DNA of 64,000 nucleotides from Leptolyngbyaceae cyanobacterium. GTDB lineage: Bacteria > Cyanobacteriota > Cyanobacteriia > Phormidesmidales > Phormidesmidaceae. Each line of letters opens with the position of its first letter. Position 1 is the stretch's first letter. Of this stretch, positions 21,740 to 30,558 are shown in pieces. The position numbers were made by a program, and so were the translations under genes. Location of the stretch: positions 1,792,001-1,856,000 of the forward strand of contig CBDHHL010000032.1 in NCBI GenBank assembly GCA_965263355.1. Direction: 5' to 3'. Under the pieces are notes generated by a model. The model had not been told where the DNA came from. It saw only the letters and a list, made by a program, of their open reading frames with translations, and did not search any database.

Positions 21740-23338
21740 ATGCCCCCACTGAGCCCGTTTACCTGTCGTCGTATTCAAAAATTGCCCCAAACCAATAGCG
21801 TTTGGGAAGGTGGGCGCTGCTCAATGCCTGAATCAGAGGAGAATAAACGAGACTGTATTTTGTGGATTGATGGCAATCAGGGATATGTGCGCAGCGTGGA
21901 TATGGTGTCTACCGATAGTGGTTATGAAGCGGTGGCCCGGAGTTTACTACAAGCTATAGAACATCCTCAAGGCCCTGCAGACCCCTGTCGTCCCCAAAGG
22001 GTGGTAGTGAATGATCGAGAACTGCAGTTTTTTTTAAGGGGGGTGCTGCAGGATTTAGATATTGACGTCACCTATGGTGCAAAGCTTCCTTGGGTAGATG
22101 AGATTTTTGATCATTTACTCTCCCATATCAATGTGCCGACATCGTCTTTGCCTGCAGACTATCGGGAGCGTCTTTGTGAAAAAGCACTGGCACTGTGGCA
22201 CCAGGCACCCTGGTATCGCTTGAGTGAGCAAGAGTTATTGGCAGTTGAGTTAAACCGTTGGGATACAGACACCCTATATGTTTCTATTTTGGGTATGGCG
22301 GATGTGGACTATGGTCTGTTGTTTTATCGCAGCCTGGACTCGTTATTGCAATTTCGTGAGCGGGTGCTAAATTGCGATTACGATAGTGCTGATTTGTCAG
22401 ATCACATGTCGTCTCACATCTTGCAACAAGTCTTTCTCAGTCAGGATTGCTTTTTTCTTAATTACTCAGTGGAGCGCCCGAGACAGCCAGAGCCTGACGA
22501 TTATGAATTTGGTAGTATTCACCCGCTTGAGGGGATCCGCCATGAAATTGATGAAGCTGAAGCGGCGACATTGATCATTACCTTGGATGCACTGCATCGC
22601 TTTTTCGAAAAAGCACCCGAACCGCTTAATGTATTAGAGCCCATTCAAAAGACTTTGCGGGTGCCCAACCCGTTGTCAGGGGATGGCCCTAAGCAATGCA
22701 CAGTGAAAGTCATGTCGTTGCCAGACATTTCTAGCAAACTAATGGCGGAAACTGAGCAGATGCTTGAACTGGAGGCAAGCGTCTTAGATGAGCCCGTACT
22801 AAAAGATGACCTGATCCCTGACGGAGCCCTGATTTTGCTTACTCAGGTATCCCCTGAGCGAGTCAAACAGCTACAAACGACCAAAGTTTACCACCAGGCT
22901 CTATCGAAGGATAAAACGAGATCGACAAAAGCATCCTGGCCTGTGGTGATTATTCAAACGTCACGCCCCAAAGCAGTTGCTCTAGTGGAGCGCCTTGAGT
23001 CATTGGGAGGAATCAAGGCCATGTGCTTTAATCCTGGCCATGATCCGTTTAGACAACTCACCTTTCAACTGGGTATTTGGCAAACGGGTGACAATAGTCT
23101 GCATCTGTTCCATGAATATGATGGCAACAATGATTACCATTGCGAAGCCCTTGAAAAATGGCAGCAACAGCAACTTAAGAGCCATGGTTGCTGTGGCATC
23201 ATGATTGCGGCAGGCGTGACTGGACGCAATCGAGGTAATCCTCAACCCAAAGATATTATGGCTTTCTTAGAGGTAAATTTTTGCCCCCCTGAGGTGCTCA
23301 ATCTAGAGCCTTTAGTGTTGAGCTATGCAATTGACTAA
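21740..23338 (+). CDS. Conserved cyanobacterial hypothetical protein (DUF6930-like)
   Basis: Long ORF with 'RPQRVVVNDRELQFFLRGVLQ' and 'SILGM' segments recalled from this family. Confidence 0.65.
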   Translation: MPPLSPFTCRRIQKLPQTNSVWEGGRCSMPESEENKRDCILWIDGNQGYVRSVDMVSTDSGYEAVARSLLQAIEHPQGPADPCRPQRVVVNDRELQFFLRGVLQDLDIDVTYGAKLPWVDEIFDHLLSHINVPTSSLPADYRERLCEKALALWHQAPWYRLSEQELLAVELNRWDTDTLYVSILGMADVDYGLLFYRSLDSLLQFRERVLNCDYDSADLSDHMSSHILQQVFLSQDCFFLNYSVERPRQPEPDDYEFGSIHPLEGIRHEIDEAEAATLIITLDALHRFFEKAPEPLNVLEPIQKTLRVPNPLSGDGPKQCTVKVMSLPDISSKLMAETEQMLELEASVLDEPVLKDDLIPDGALILLTQVSPERVKQLQTTKVYHQALSKDKTRSTKASWPVVIIQTSRPKAVALVERLESLGGIKAMCFNPGHDPFRQLTFQLGIWQTGDNSLHLFHEYDGNNDYHCEALEKWQQQQLKSHGCCGIMIAAGVTGRNRGNPQPKDIMAFLEVNFCPPEVLNLEPLVLSYAID

Positions 23339-23475
23339 ACGGAAACAAAACGGAAAAGCCCTATGGGATGTGCAATCTCCTTCTGACTTCCGTACCGTTA
23401 GGTCCTCCAGAGGACTTGTTCTGATTTCCGAATTCGGACCTGGCCGAGATTTGCTGGCTAACGTTGATACCTGAC

Positions 23476-24066
23476 TTATTGGTGTTCCCAATGGAAGGTA
23501 GCGAGAAAAAATAGACTGGCGGACATGATAATTCCTGTCAATAAAAATTGATGAATCGGTAAAAATGTCAAACCAGGTACGGTGCAGACATGGATAATAC
23601 CTATCAGTACTAGGGCTGGTGCTTTTATCCCTAACCCCGTAATCACATAGCCAAAGGCACTTATGCTAAGCCATAGAGGACAAAGATGTGGCAAAATCAA
23701 GCCCCATCCTGCCAAAATGCCATAGTCGGTGAGACCCAGTCCAGCTATGACTAACAGTGACCAGCTATAAAAAATCCAGCGCTGATTTCTTGTGGTTACC
23801 CAAAACCAGGTAAGTCTACCGGACAGCCAGATAACAATGCAGGAAAGCACTGACCAGAGGATCGCCTGGGTAGACCAATCCAGAAGAGTGTATTGTGCAA
23901 CCAAAAAGATGGCGGCAGTTGCCACGCTCCAGGTGAGTAGGGCCTGATCTAGTCGGGTCAGATAGGTTGAAATAAAGGCGTTATCGGGGTTGCCAATTTG
24001 GATTTTTATTACTCCATGGAGATCTACAGGGTCAACCAATCTCTGTTTTAGCTGAAAAATGGACAT
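23476..24066 (-). CDS. Hypothetical multi-pass membrane protein
   Basis: About 6 hydrophobic segments. Confidence 0.75.
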   Translation of the reverse strand: MSIFQLKQRLVDPVDLHGVIKIQIGNPDNAFISTYLTRLDQALLTWSVATAAIFLVAQYTLLDWSTQAILWSVLSCIVIWLSGRLTWFWVTTRNQRWIFYSWSLLVIAGLGLTDYGILAGWGLILPHLCPLWLSISAFGYVITGLGIKAPALVLIGIIHVCTVPGLTFLPIHQFLLTGIIMSASLFFLATFHWEHQ

Positions 24067-24139
24067 CAGTTATAGAGCGAGTTTTAAGCGTTAATGGAAA
24101 GACTCAAACAACAATGTTTCTCGGGCTGAAGGTGGGTAA

Positions 24140-24279
24140 CTAAACCTTGTCCATGTCTAGGACCGGTCATTTTTCCGTAAAAGAACTTACAGGTTTGAAC
24201 TTGGACGTGGTTTAAGCCCAAGGGACATCCAGGATTAGAAATTTACCGTAGAGGACCTACCGGTTAAACTTTGGACGTG
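24140..24279. repeat. Short dispersed repeat family B, two tandem copies
   Basis: CTAAACCTTGTCCA...TTGGACGTGGTTTA (24140..24215) plus a degenerate copy at 24225..24279. Confidence 0.7.
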
Positions 24280-24287
24280 AGATTATG

Positions 24288-24322
24288 GCTCCTAAAGTCT
24301 TAAAAATTAAGACTTTAGGAGC
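24288..24322. terminator. 16-bp perfect stem hairpin, probable terminator
   Basis: GCTCCTAAAGTCTTAA-aaa-TTAAGACTTTAGGAGC downstream of 24405..25223. Confidence 0.6.
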
Positions 24323-24404
24323 TATAGGGTTTTTGTTGTCATTTTATTGATTATATACTGGCTTAAACGCCTGTGGGGTCACGTTATTGCGCCTACAGGC
24401 TCGC

Positions 24405-25223
24405 TCACTGGTTTGTCTCTTGGGGGATGAGTTGTAAGGGGTAGTCTAGGGTGTGTGCGATCGCATCATAACGTCGCAACTGATCCTGATAGATGGCATC
24501 CCAATCATTTCCTAACCCTGGCGCATCCCAATAGCCCGTATCTGGATCAATAAACGCTTTAGTACGTGCCCAGACAATCCGCTCCGGCAGGTCCATTGTG
24601 CGTGCCTGGTAGAGCCAGTCAATATAGCCTCGGTCAAGGGCCGCTAAGGGAGCTTGATTTGCTAAATCAATGCCGTTAAGTTCTTCAAGTAACGACAGTT
24701 GGAAAGCCTTAGTTTGGGTTTGACGACGGAGTTCTTTAGCCTGTTGTTGCAAACGATGTAATTGTTTGCGATCGGCTTCCTCTGGAGAAGACGCCCCATG
24801 CTGGTAGGAAAAGCTACCTAAGTTCCAAACACCGTTGCCAGGATCCACATGACCATAATAGGCACTGGTATACCCACCCGCAGGCGTGCGAGTCCCTTCC
24901 GCGCTACCCACAGCTCTAGCTACCAAGGAGGCAGACTCCCCAGCAAAGAGAGCATTGATAGCATAGCTGGTTTTAGTATTTGCAATAATGAGGTTTGGTA
25001 TTTGGGCTGCCGGGGTAGGCCGATGGTCTGGAACAAACGTTAGGGCAACAGAGTTTTTCGATTTAACCGTTGCACGAACGGTAGACGGCTGCGATCGCTT
25101 GGCAAGCTTAAATTCTAGGGCAGCCGCTTGAGCGCTACTGAGCCAGCTAAGGGTAGCGCTCAGGCTAGTAATAATGACAAATAAGGGCTTAACAAATCTG
25201 GGTTTCAAGGAGATACGTTTCAT
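24405..25223 (-). CDS. Secreted hypothetical protein, possibly lysozyme-like
   Basis: Signal peptide; core 'AVGSAEGTRT...YYGHVDPGNG...NLGSFSYQH'. Fold assignment is a guess. Confidence 0.65.
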   Translation of the reverse strand: MKRISLKPRFVKPLFVIITSLSATLSWLSSAQAAALEFKLAKRSQPSTVRATVKSKNSVALTFVPDHRPTPAAQIPNLIIANTKTSYAINALFAGESASLVARAVGSAEGTRTPAGGYTSAYYGHVDPGNGVWNLGSFSYQHGASSPEEADRKQLHRLQQQAKELRRQTQTKAFQLSLLEELNGIDLANQAPLAALDRGYIDWLYQARTMDLPERIVWARTKAFIDPDTGYWDAPGLGNDWDAIYQDQLRRYDAIAHTLDYPLQLIPQETNQ

Positions 25224-25230
25224 TGGCTAT

Positions 25231-25677
25231 CTATGACTGAGTCAGTAATTGTTCAATAAACGTTGGCGCAGGTTCTACAACAGCCCAGGTACCGTTGGGT
25301 TCTCGACGCAACATTGCAAATACCAAATGCTGAGCGCGACCGATGGTTTGATTTTGGTTTAGAGCACCAAATCTAGGCTGACTCAGGCCACAGAGACGAA
25401 AGAGATACGCAGGGACATCGGCACTGGAAACAATGACGCAGTTTGTGGCAGTCGGTTCGACGGTGCCATCAAAGGGCATATGTACGGTATCGCCGCCTAA
25501 GGCCAGACTAATATCGCCCAGGCCACTACTGACGGCATAACCAGCAATCTCGGTACCGATAGCTAGGGGCCAAGTCTGGTGCATAGTTAAGGTGCGAGGA
25601 GCCGGTGTAGCACGACTGCAAGCAGAAAGGCTAAGGCCTAAAATTAAGCCCAGACAGTTGCAAAGGGTAAATTTCAT
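25231..25677 (-). CDS. Lipoprotein, degenerate M23-peptidase-like
   Basis: Lipobox LSAC; 'VHMPFDGTV' and 'QTIGRAQHLVF' resemble M23 strands, but the Zn-ligand motifs are absent. Confidence 0.65.
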   Translation of the reverse strand: MKFTLCNCLGLILGLSLSACSRATPAPRTLTMHQTWPLAIGTEIAGYAVSSGLGDISLALGGDTVHMPFDGTVEPTATNCVIVSSADVPAYLFRLCGLSQPRFGALNQNQTIGRAQHLVFAMLRREPNGTWAVVEPAPTFIEQLLTQS

Positions 25678-25799
25678 GGGGAGAGAGGAAAAAATTAGGG
25701 GAGCAATTTAAGCTGAAAAATCTTGATCTGGTGGGGAGTCAGGAATCACGAGACATACCAAATCCGAGTTCATTAACCCCGATAAAACATCATCAGCCT

Positions 25800-25826
25800 G
25801 TAGGGGCAATCCCTTGTGGTTACCCT
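25800..25826. repeat. GTAG-type REP element
   Basis: GTAGGGGCAATCCCTTGTGGTTACCCT, similar to 56144..56240. Confidence 0.6.
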
Positions 25827-25917
25827 GTGATATCGGGGACAAGCAACCAAGATTTTATATTGGAGTCAAGCAGGATATCGCCTCTGCCCCCCTGATACAT
25901 GACTCCTGATACCTGAC

Positions 25918-26391
25918 CTATTGAAAACTAAAGGCAAATCCAGCATATTCGTCGCCTTCGTATAGCATCACCAACCATGTTGTTGGAGAGAATGCCAGAG
26001 GATACGCTTCGCGTTCAGCAGTGATGCCATCTCTAAGTTCGAGGCTGGGTAGTTGACAATAGGGGTCTGCCACAATCGCTCTAACAGATTGTTGACTAGA
26101 GCGCTCGGGTACAGTGAGAATCTGCGCAAGCTGGGCTCTAGACAGGACAGCAGAGGATTGAACCATACGCTGACACGTCTCTTTGGTGTCAGCTGTCGAG
26201 GCGTGCAAATGAGAACTGGCATCGAATAGGAGGCTAAAGAGAGCAATCCCCCATCCGGCAGCAAGAACGTATGGATTTCGCCACCATGGACTAACACGCT
26301 GGCTCAAGGGTTTTAGAAATGGGGTAGTTCGTTTTCTGGTTCTGCGTGGTGCTGGACGTGGAATAGAACGGGTGTAGAGCTGTTGAGTCAT
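25918..26391 (-). CDS. Hypothetical single-pass membrane protein
   Basis: Basic N-terminus, one TM segment, domain 'LSRAQLAQILTVPER...PYCQLP...REAYPLAF'. Start moved to the MTQQLY ATG. Confidence 0.7.
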   Translation of the reverse strand: MTQQLYTRSIPRPAPRRTRKRTTPFLKPLSQRVSPWWRNPYVLAAGWGIALFSLLFDASSHLHASTADTKETCQRMVQSSAVLSRAQLAQILTVPERSSQQSVRAIVADPYCQLPSLELRDGITAEREAYPLAFSPTTWLVMLYEGDEYAGFAFSFQ

Positions 26392-26682
26392 GGCTTGGTG
26401 TGTGTTGGTTATGCAGCTATCTACAACTATAAGAGAAAGAGTTTCGAAAAGTATTCGGTTTTCAGATTGATTGCTATGGAAAAATCGTATAAATCCTTTA
26501 TTTTCAATGACTTTAGTGGATCGCATAAATCTTTCCGTCAAGCTGTGCAACAACATTTAGAAAAGGATCTTTGATGGTGGCATTTGTGCAACAGCGTTGA
26601 TTGTCAACCACGTTCATAAATGAAGACTTCGAAAGTCAGAATTCTGACTTAACCGAAATTTTCCGACTTAAGTTATACCCCT

Positions 26683-27288
26683 TTAAGACAAGGCTTGAAC
26701 TAAAATTCGCATTAAAGCTGCAACATCTTCTGGCACACGGTAACTTTCCAAGCCCTGCTCAATTGTCTTCTCACTTCGACCAAGCCGAGCAAACTCCCAA
26801 ATCTTTCCTGTGGTTACAGCACCTACCAGATGGGTTTGTTCCTTACTTTCTTGCCATTGCTCTAATGCAATTAATTCAGCGATCAGCTGAGTCATCCCAT
26901 AATCTAAGTCTTCCTTTTTGGCTTCAATCACCAACAAATTGCTAGCATTTTCTAGAAAATAATCTAAATATCCTTGGATTTGCTCATTCACTTTAATGGA
27001 GTACTCAATGAAGATTTCGGCTTTCGTATAATGCACTAAATCTAACATCAAAGGCGAGATTAGTAATTCTCTCCTAGCGGCCTCACTAGATAAAGATGCA
27101 TAGGGTAGGACTTCTTCAATCCGGTCCTTTAATTGATCAATCCGGTCTAAATTTCCCTGATATTGAAATAAGTTCAGTTTTCTCCTAGAAAATGAATACC
27201 CAAAATAATTAGCTAGATCCTTGGGTTCAATCTTGAGATCAAAGATTTTACTAAACGTATAAGATTGCTCCGGATTAATAACTTTCAT
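26683..27288 (-). CDS. PD-(D/E)XK-like protein (type I restriction HsdR N-terminal-like cyanobacterial family)
   Basis: SEAARRE...GYLDY...VIEAKK...QLIAEL...GAVTTGKIWEF pattern. Confidence 0.7.
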   Translation of the reverse strand: MKVINPEQSYTFSKIFDLKIEPKDLANYFGYSFSRRKLNLFQYQGNLDRIDQLKDRIEEVLPYASLSSEAARRELLISPLMLDLVHYTKAEIFIEYSIKVNEQIQGYLDYFLENASNLLVIEAKKEDLDYGMTQLIAELIALEQWQESKEQTHLVGAVTTGKIWEFARLGRSEKTIEQGLESYRVPEDVAALMRILVQALS

Positions 27289-27391
27289 AGTCCATTTATG
27301 ACAGAGTAAATTAACGATCAGATCTGGCGATTAACTCTAGTATCAGGCATATTTATGATAGATTCAATCTTATGTTTGAGCCTTACTGATT

Positions 27392-28054
27392 TCAGCCTGT
27401 TATATTATCGACAACCGTTGCTCGGTTAAGCAGAGTACAAACTTGTTTATCGGTCACTTGCTCAAAGTTGTTGTACCAAAGGCCAATGGCATACAGGTGA
27501 CTAGGAACAGATAGACATATTAGCCGATCAACCTGCGGTTTTATTTGTTTATAGGCCTCCATAGCCGCAATGGGAGCCGTGACGATTAGCTGTCTTGGTT
27601 GTTGCGATCGCACCCACATCACCGCTGCCCGCATCGTTGCTCCAGTGGCCAGACCATCATCCACCAAAATAACAATGCGATCATAAACAGTTACTACAGA
27701 ACGATCACCCCGATAGACCTGTTCCCGTCGTCGGAGTTCCTGGAGTTCATCGTTTGTAATGGCGTCAAGTTCCTGTTTTGTTATTCCTAGATAACGAATG
27801 GCCTGGTTATTAATCACTCGCACACCATCAGCGGAAATGGCTCCAATGGCACTTTCTTTATTACCAGGCTCCCCCAGTTTTCTAACCAGGCAAATATCCA
27901 AGGTTAAATTGAGGGCACGGGCAATCTCATAGGCAACGGGGACTCCCCCTCGGGGTAACGCCAACACCAAAACATCGGCACGGTTAGCGTAGGCCTTTAA
28001 CTGCTGTGCCAGTTGCTGGCCCGCATCGGTGCGATCGCGAAATCGGCTGGTCAT
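27392..28054 (-). CDS. Phosphoribosyltransferase family protein
   Basis: FRDRTDAGQQLA, LPRGGVPV, VILVDDGLATGATM. Confidence 0.92.
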   Translation of the reverse strand: MTSRFRDRTDAGQQLAQQLKAYANRADVLVLALPRGGVPVAYEIARALNLTLDICLVRKLGEPGNKESAIGAISADGVRVINNQAIRYLGITKQELDAITNDELQELRRREQVYRGDRSVVTVYDRIVILVDDGLATGATMRAAVMWVRSQQPRQLIVTAPIAAMEAYKQIKPQVDRLICLSVPSHLYAIGLWYNNFEQVTDKQVCTLLNRATVVDNITG

Positions 28055-28242
28055 GGGTTTATCCCCCGCAGTGTTACGACACAGGTCAGAAAACACCCTA
28101 ATCTTAGGATATAAGACGATTCTGAGGACCGTATGAAGGATATTGAATTTTAGCCGCTATCAGGGCAAGCTCTGATTAAACCAGGTAAGGTCCGTTGAGA
28201 AAATCCCCTGGCAGATCGTTGGTCATACCCTCGATAATGTAG

Positions 28243-28316
28243 TAACCATGTCCACGTCCAGATCTGAATCTTTTTCCATAGAAGCAGCTATAGGTGTCAA
28301 CGTGGACATGGTTTAG
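28243..28316. repeat. Short dispersed repeat family B copy with terminal inverted repeats
   Basis: AACCATGTCCACG...CGTGGACATGGTT inverted ends; lies just upstream of the tpm RBS. Confidence 0.7.
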
Positions 28317-28338
28317 TCGACTTTTCAAAGGAGTTAAG

Positions 28339-28977
28339 ATGGAAAAAAGTTTTTGGCTTCAGAAATGGGAGAACAATAAAATTGCTTTCCACAAAAGTGA
28401 AGCTAATCCCCTATTGGTCAAATACTTTAAAGAACTTTCTTTAGAGAAAGGTAGCCGCATATTTGTACCACTATGTGGTAAAACCCTTGATATTGCTTGG
28501 CTGCTTGCCAATGGCTATCGTGTGGCTGGGGCTGAACTGATCGAAATGGCCATTGAGCAATTATTTACAGAGCTGGGGATAGAGCCCAAAATTTCAAAAG
28601 CTGGCAGTGTAAAGCACTACAGTGCCGAAAATATTGACATATTTGTCGGCAATATTTTCGATGTATCCAGCAAGATACTTGGCCCTGTCGATGCCGTTTA
28701 TGACAGAGCCGCGCTGGTGGCCCTACCCACAGCAATGCGCGATCGCTATACAGTACACTTAACTGAGATTACGGCTAAAGCACCACAGCTGCTGGTTAGC
28801 TACGAATATGACCAAACTGTAATGGGCGGTCCTCCTTTTTCAGTGAGTAACGAGGAAGTCAGTCAACATTATGGCAATAGTTATGACGTAACCCTCCTTA
28901 TGAGCAAAGATGTACCTGGTGGCTTAAAAGAGAGATGTACTGCCCAAGAAAATGTTTGGTTGTTGCAAACAAACTAG
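28339..28977 (+). CDS. tpm: Thiopurine S-methyltransferase
   Basis: FWLQKW, VPLCGKTLD, YDRAALVALP, GPPFSV; AAGGAG RBS. Confidence 0.93.
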   Translation: MEKSFWLQKWENNKIAFHKSEANPLLVKYFKELSLEKGSRIFVPLCGKTLDIAWLLANGYRVAGAELIEMAIEQLFTELGIEPKISKAGSVKHYSAENIDIFVGNIFDVSSKILGPVDAVYDRAALVALPTAMRDRYTVHLTEITAKAPQLLVSYEYDQTVMGGPPFSVSNEEVSQHYGNSYDVTLLMSKDVPGGLKERCTAQENVWLLQTN

Positions 28978-29086
28978 ATTCTGTGGTGACATAGGTAATG
29001 CAACAGTGCCAGAAAATTTGAAAACCCTAGGGTGGCGGCTGTTATAAACAATTCAACCAAACTAAATTCTCATGATCTGAGAGACT

Positions 29087-29392
29087 TTATTCTGATTCAT
29101 CATCAACAGGGATTGCCTCACCTTCGCTTTCATCCTCAACAGAGATGATTTCTGCATCAACAGAGATTACCCTATCTTCGCTTTCATCTTCAACAGAGAT
29201 GATTTCTGCATCAACAGAGATTACCCCATCTTCGTTTTCATCCTCAACAGAGATGATTTCTGCATCAACAGGGGCTGTCTCAACCTCGCTAACAGGCGTA
29301 ATTTCTATTGCCTCAGCTTTATTTACTACGTTTTTGTTTAACTGAGCTGAGTGCTTGCGTATCTTTTTGACATTACGCCAATTATTTCTCAT
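29087..29392 (-). CDS. Small protein with basic N-terminus and acidic 18-aa tandem repeats
   Basis: Three repeats of [SP]VDAEIISVEDE[NS]E..[VA]I (54-bp DNA repeats kept in frame). Confidence 0.6.
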   Translation of the reverse strand: MRNNWRNVKKIRKHSAQLNKNVVNKAEAIEITPVSEVETAPVDAEIISVEDENEDGVISVDAEIISVEDESEDRVISVDAEIISVEDESEGEAIPVDDESE

Positions 29393-29557
29393 GTCGTTAA
29401 TTTACCCTAGGTAAGTCCTCCTAGAGACTATAACCATCCAAGGGAAGCAAGCCTCCATAAGGCCTGAAATTTATATAGATATCTCACACAACCTACAAAA
29501 ATTTTAACTCTATGATGTATGCCAGGATGCAACAAGATAGACCATCCTATGAATGCT

Positions 29558-30508
29558 TCAAATACAAAAGATACAGCGACCCATGGATAGGTCAAACATG
29601 TGCAGGTTGTATTCTTTCGATAGTGCTTCAAACACTCGTAACCCGCGCACGCTGTTGCCGTTGTCATCAATCGGTGGTGAGAATGTAGCAATGCCTGCTT
29701 TTCCTGGAATTATGGCCAAAATACCGCCAGAGACGCCACTCTTGGCCGGTATCCCTACCCGATAGGCCCATTCCCCAGCCCGGTTATACATGCCGCAGGT
29801 ATACATAATACTCAGCAGATCCCGCACATAGTTCTCATTGATTGCACGAGTTTGAGTAATGGGGTTTTCACCATGGTTAGCTATGGTGGCCGCCATGGTA
29901 GCCAGGTCACAGCAGGTAACCATAACAGAACATTGCTGAAAGTATAGGTCAAGCGCCGCATCAATGTCCTGATCAATCATGCCAAAATTGAGCATCAGAT
30001 GCGCCATGGCCCGATTACGATGGCCGGTAGCACGCTCCGACATAAATGTAGGCATATCAATAAACACCTCATGCCCGATGTAACGCTCAAACATTTTGAG
30101 CATGCGGTTGAGTTTATCGGTAGGGCTATTTCCCTTGAGCAAACTGCTAGTAGCAATGGCTCCGGCATTAATCATTGGGTTATAGGGGCGGTGGGACCCT
30201 TCATCCAGACGAATAATTGAGTTAAACGGGTCCCCGGTAGGCTCTACACCGACTTTCTCCAACAAGACGTCTCGACCATGATCCTCTAGGGCTAAACCGT
30301 AGCAAAAGACTTTAGAAATTGACTGAATCGTAAATTTCTGGGCGGTATCACCCACATTAAACACCTGACCATCGGTAGTGACTACGCTGATACCAAACCA
30401 GTCTGGATTTGCCTTTGACAGCTCCGGAATATAATCCGCCACTTGTCCCGAATCCGTCGCAGAATAGGTATGGTGTAGCTTTTCTAAAAAAGCTTGCAAT
30501 TGTGCCAT
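29558..30508 (-). CDS. glsA: Glutaminase A
   Basis: [35 protein letters not shown]. Confidence 0.96.
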   Translation of the reverse strand: MAQLQAFLEKLHHTYSATDSGQVADYIPELSKANPDWFGISVVTTDGQVFNVGDTAQKFTIQSISKVFCYGLALEDHGRDVLLEKVGVEPTGDPFNSIIRLDEGSHRPYNPMINAGAIATSSLLKGNSPTDKLNRMLKMFERYIGHEVFIDMPTFMSERATGHRNRAMAHLMLNFGMIDQDIDAALDLYFQQCSVMVTCCDLATMAATIANHGENPITQTRAINENYVRDLLSIMYTCGMYNRAGEWAYRVGIPAKSGVSGGILAIIPGKAGIATFSPPIDDNGNSVRGLRVFEALSKEYNLHMFDLSMGRCIFCI

Positions 30509-30558
30509 AGTCGATGCCTCACCCGCTCGATAGCATCATAGTGTGAAATTGCCGTCGG

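Noticed and set aside
24140..24279. Possible CRISPR array from the tandem repeats
   Set aside because: Only two degenerate copies, no regular unique spacers, no cas genes; the same unit is dispersed elsewhere.
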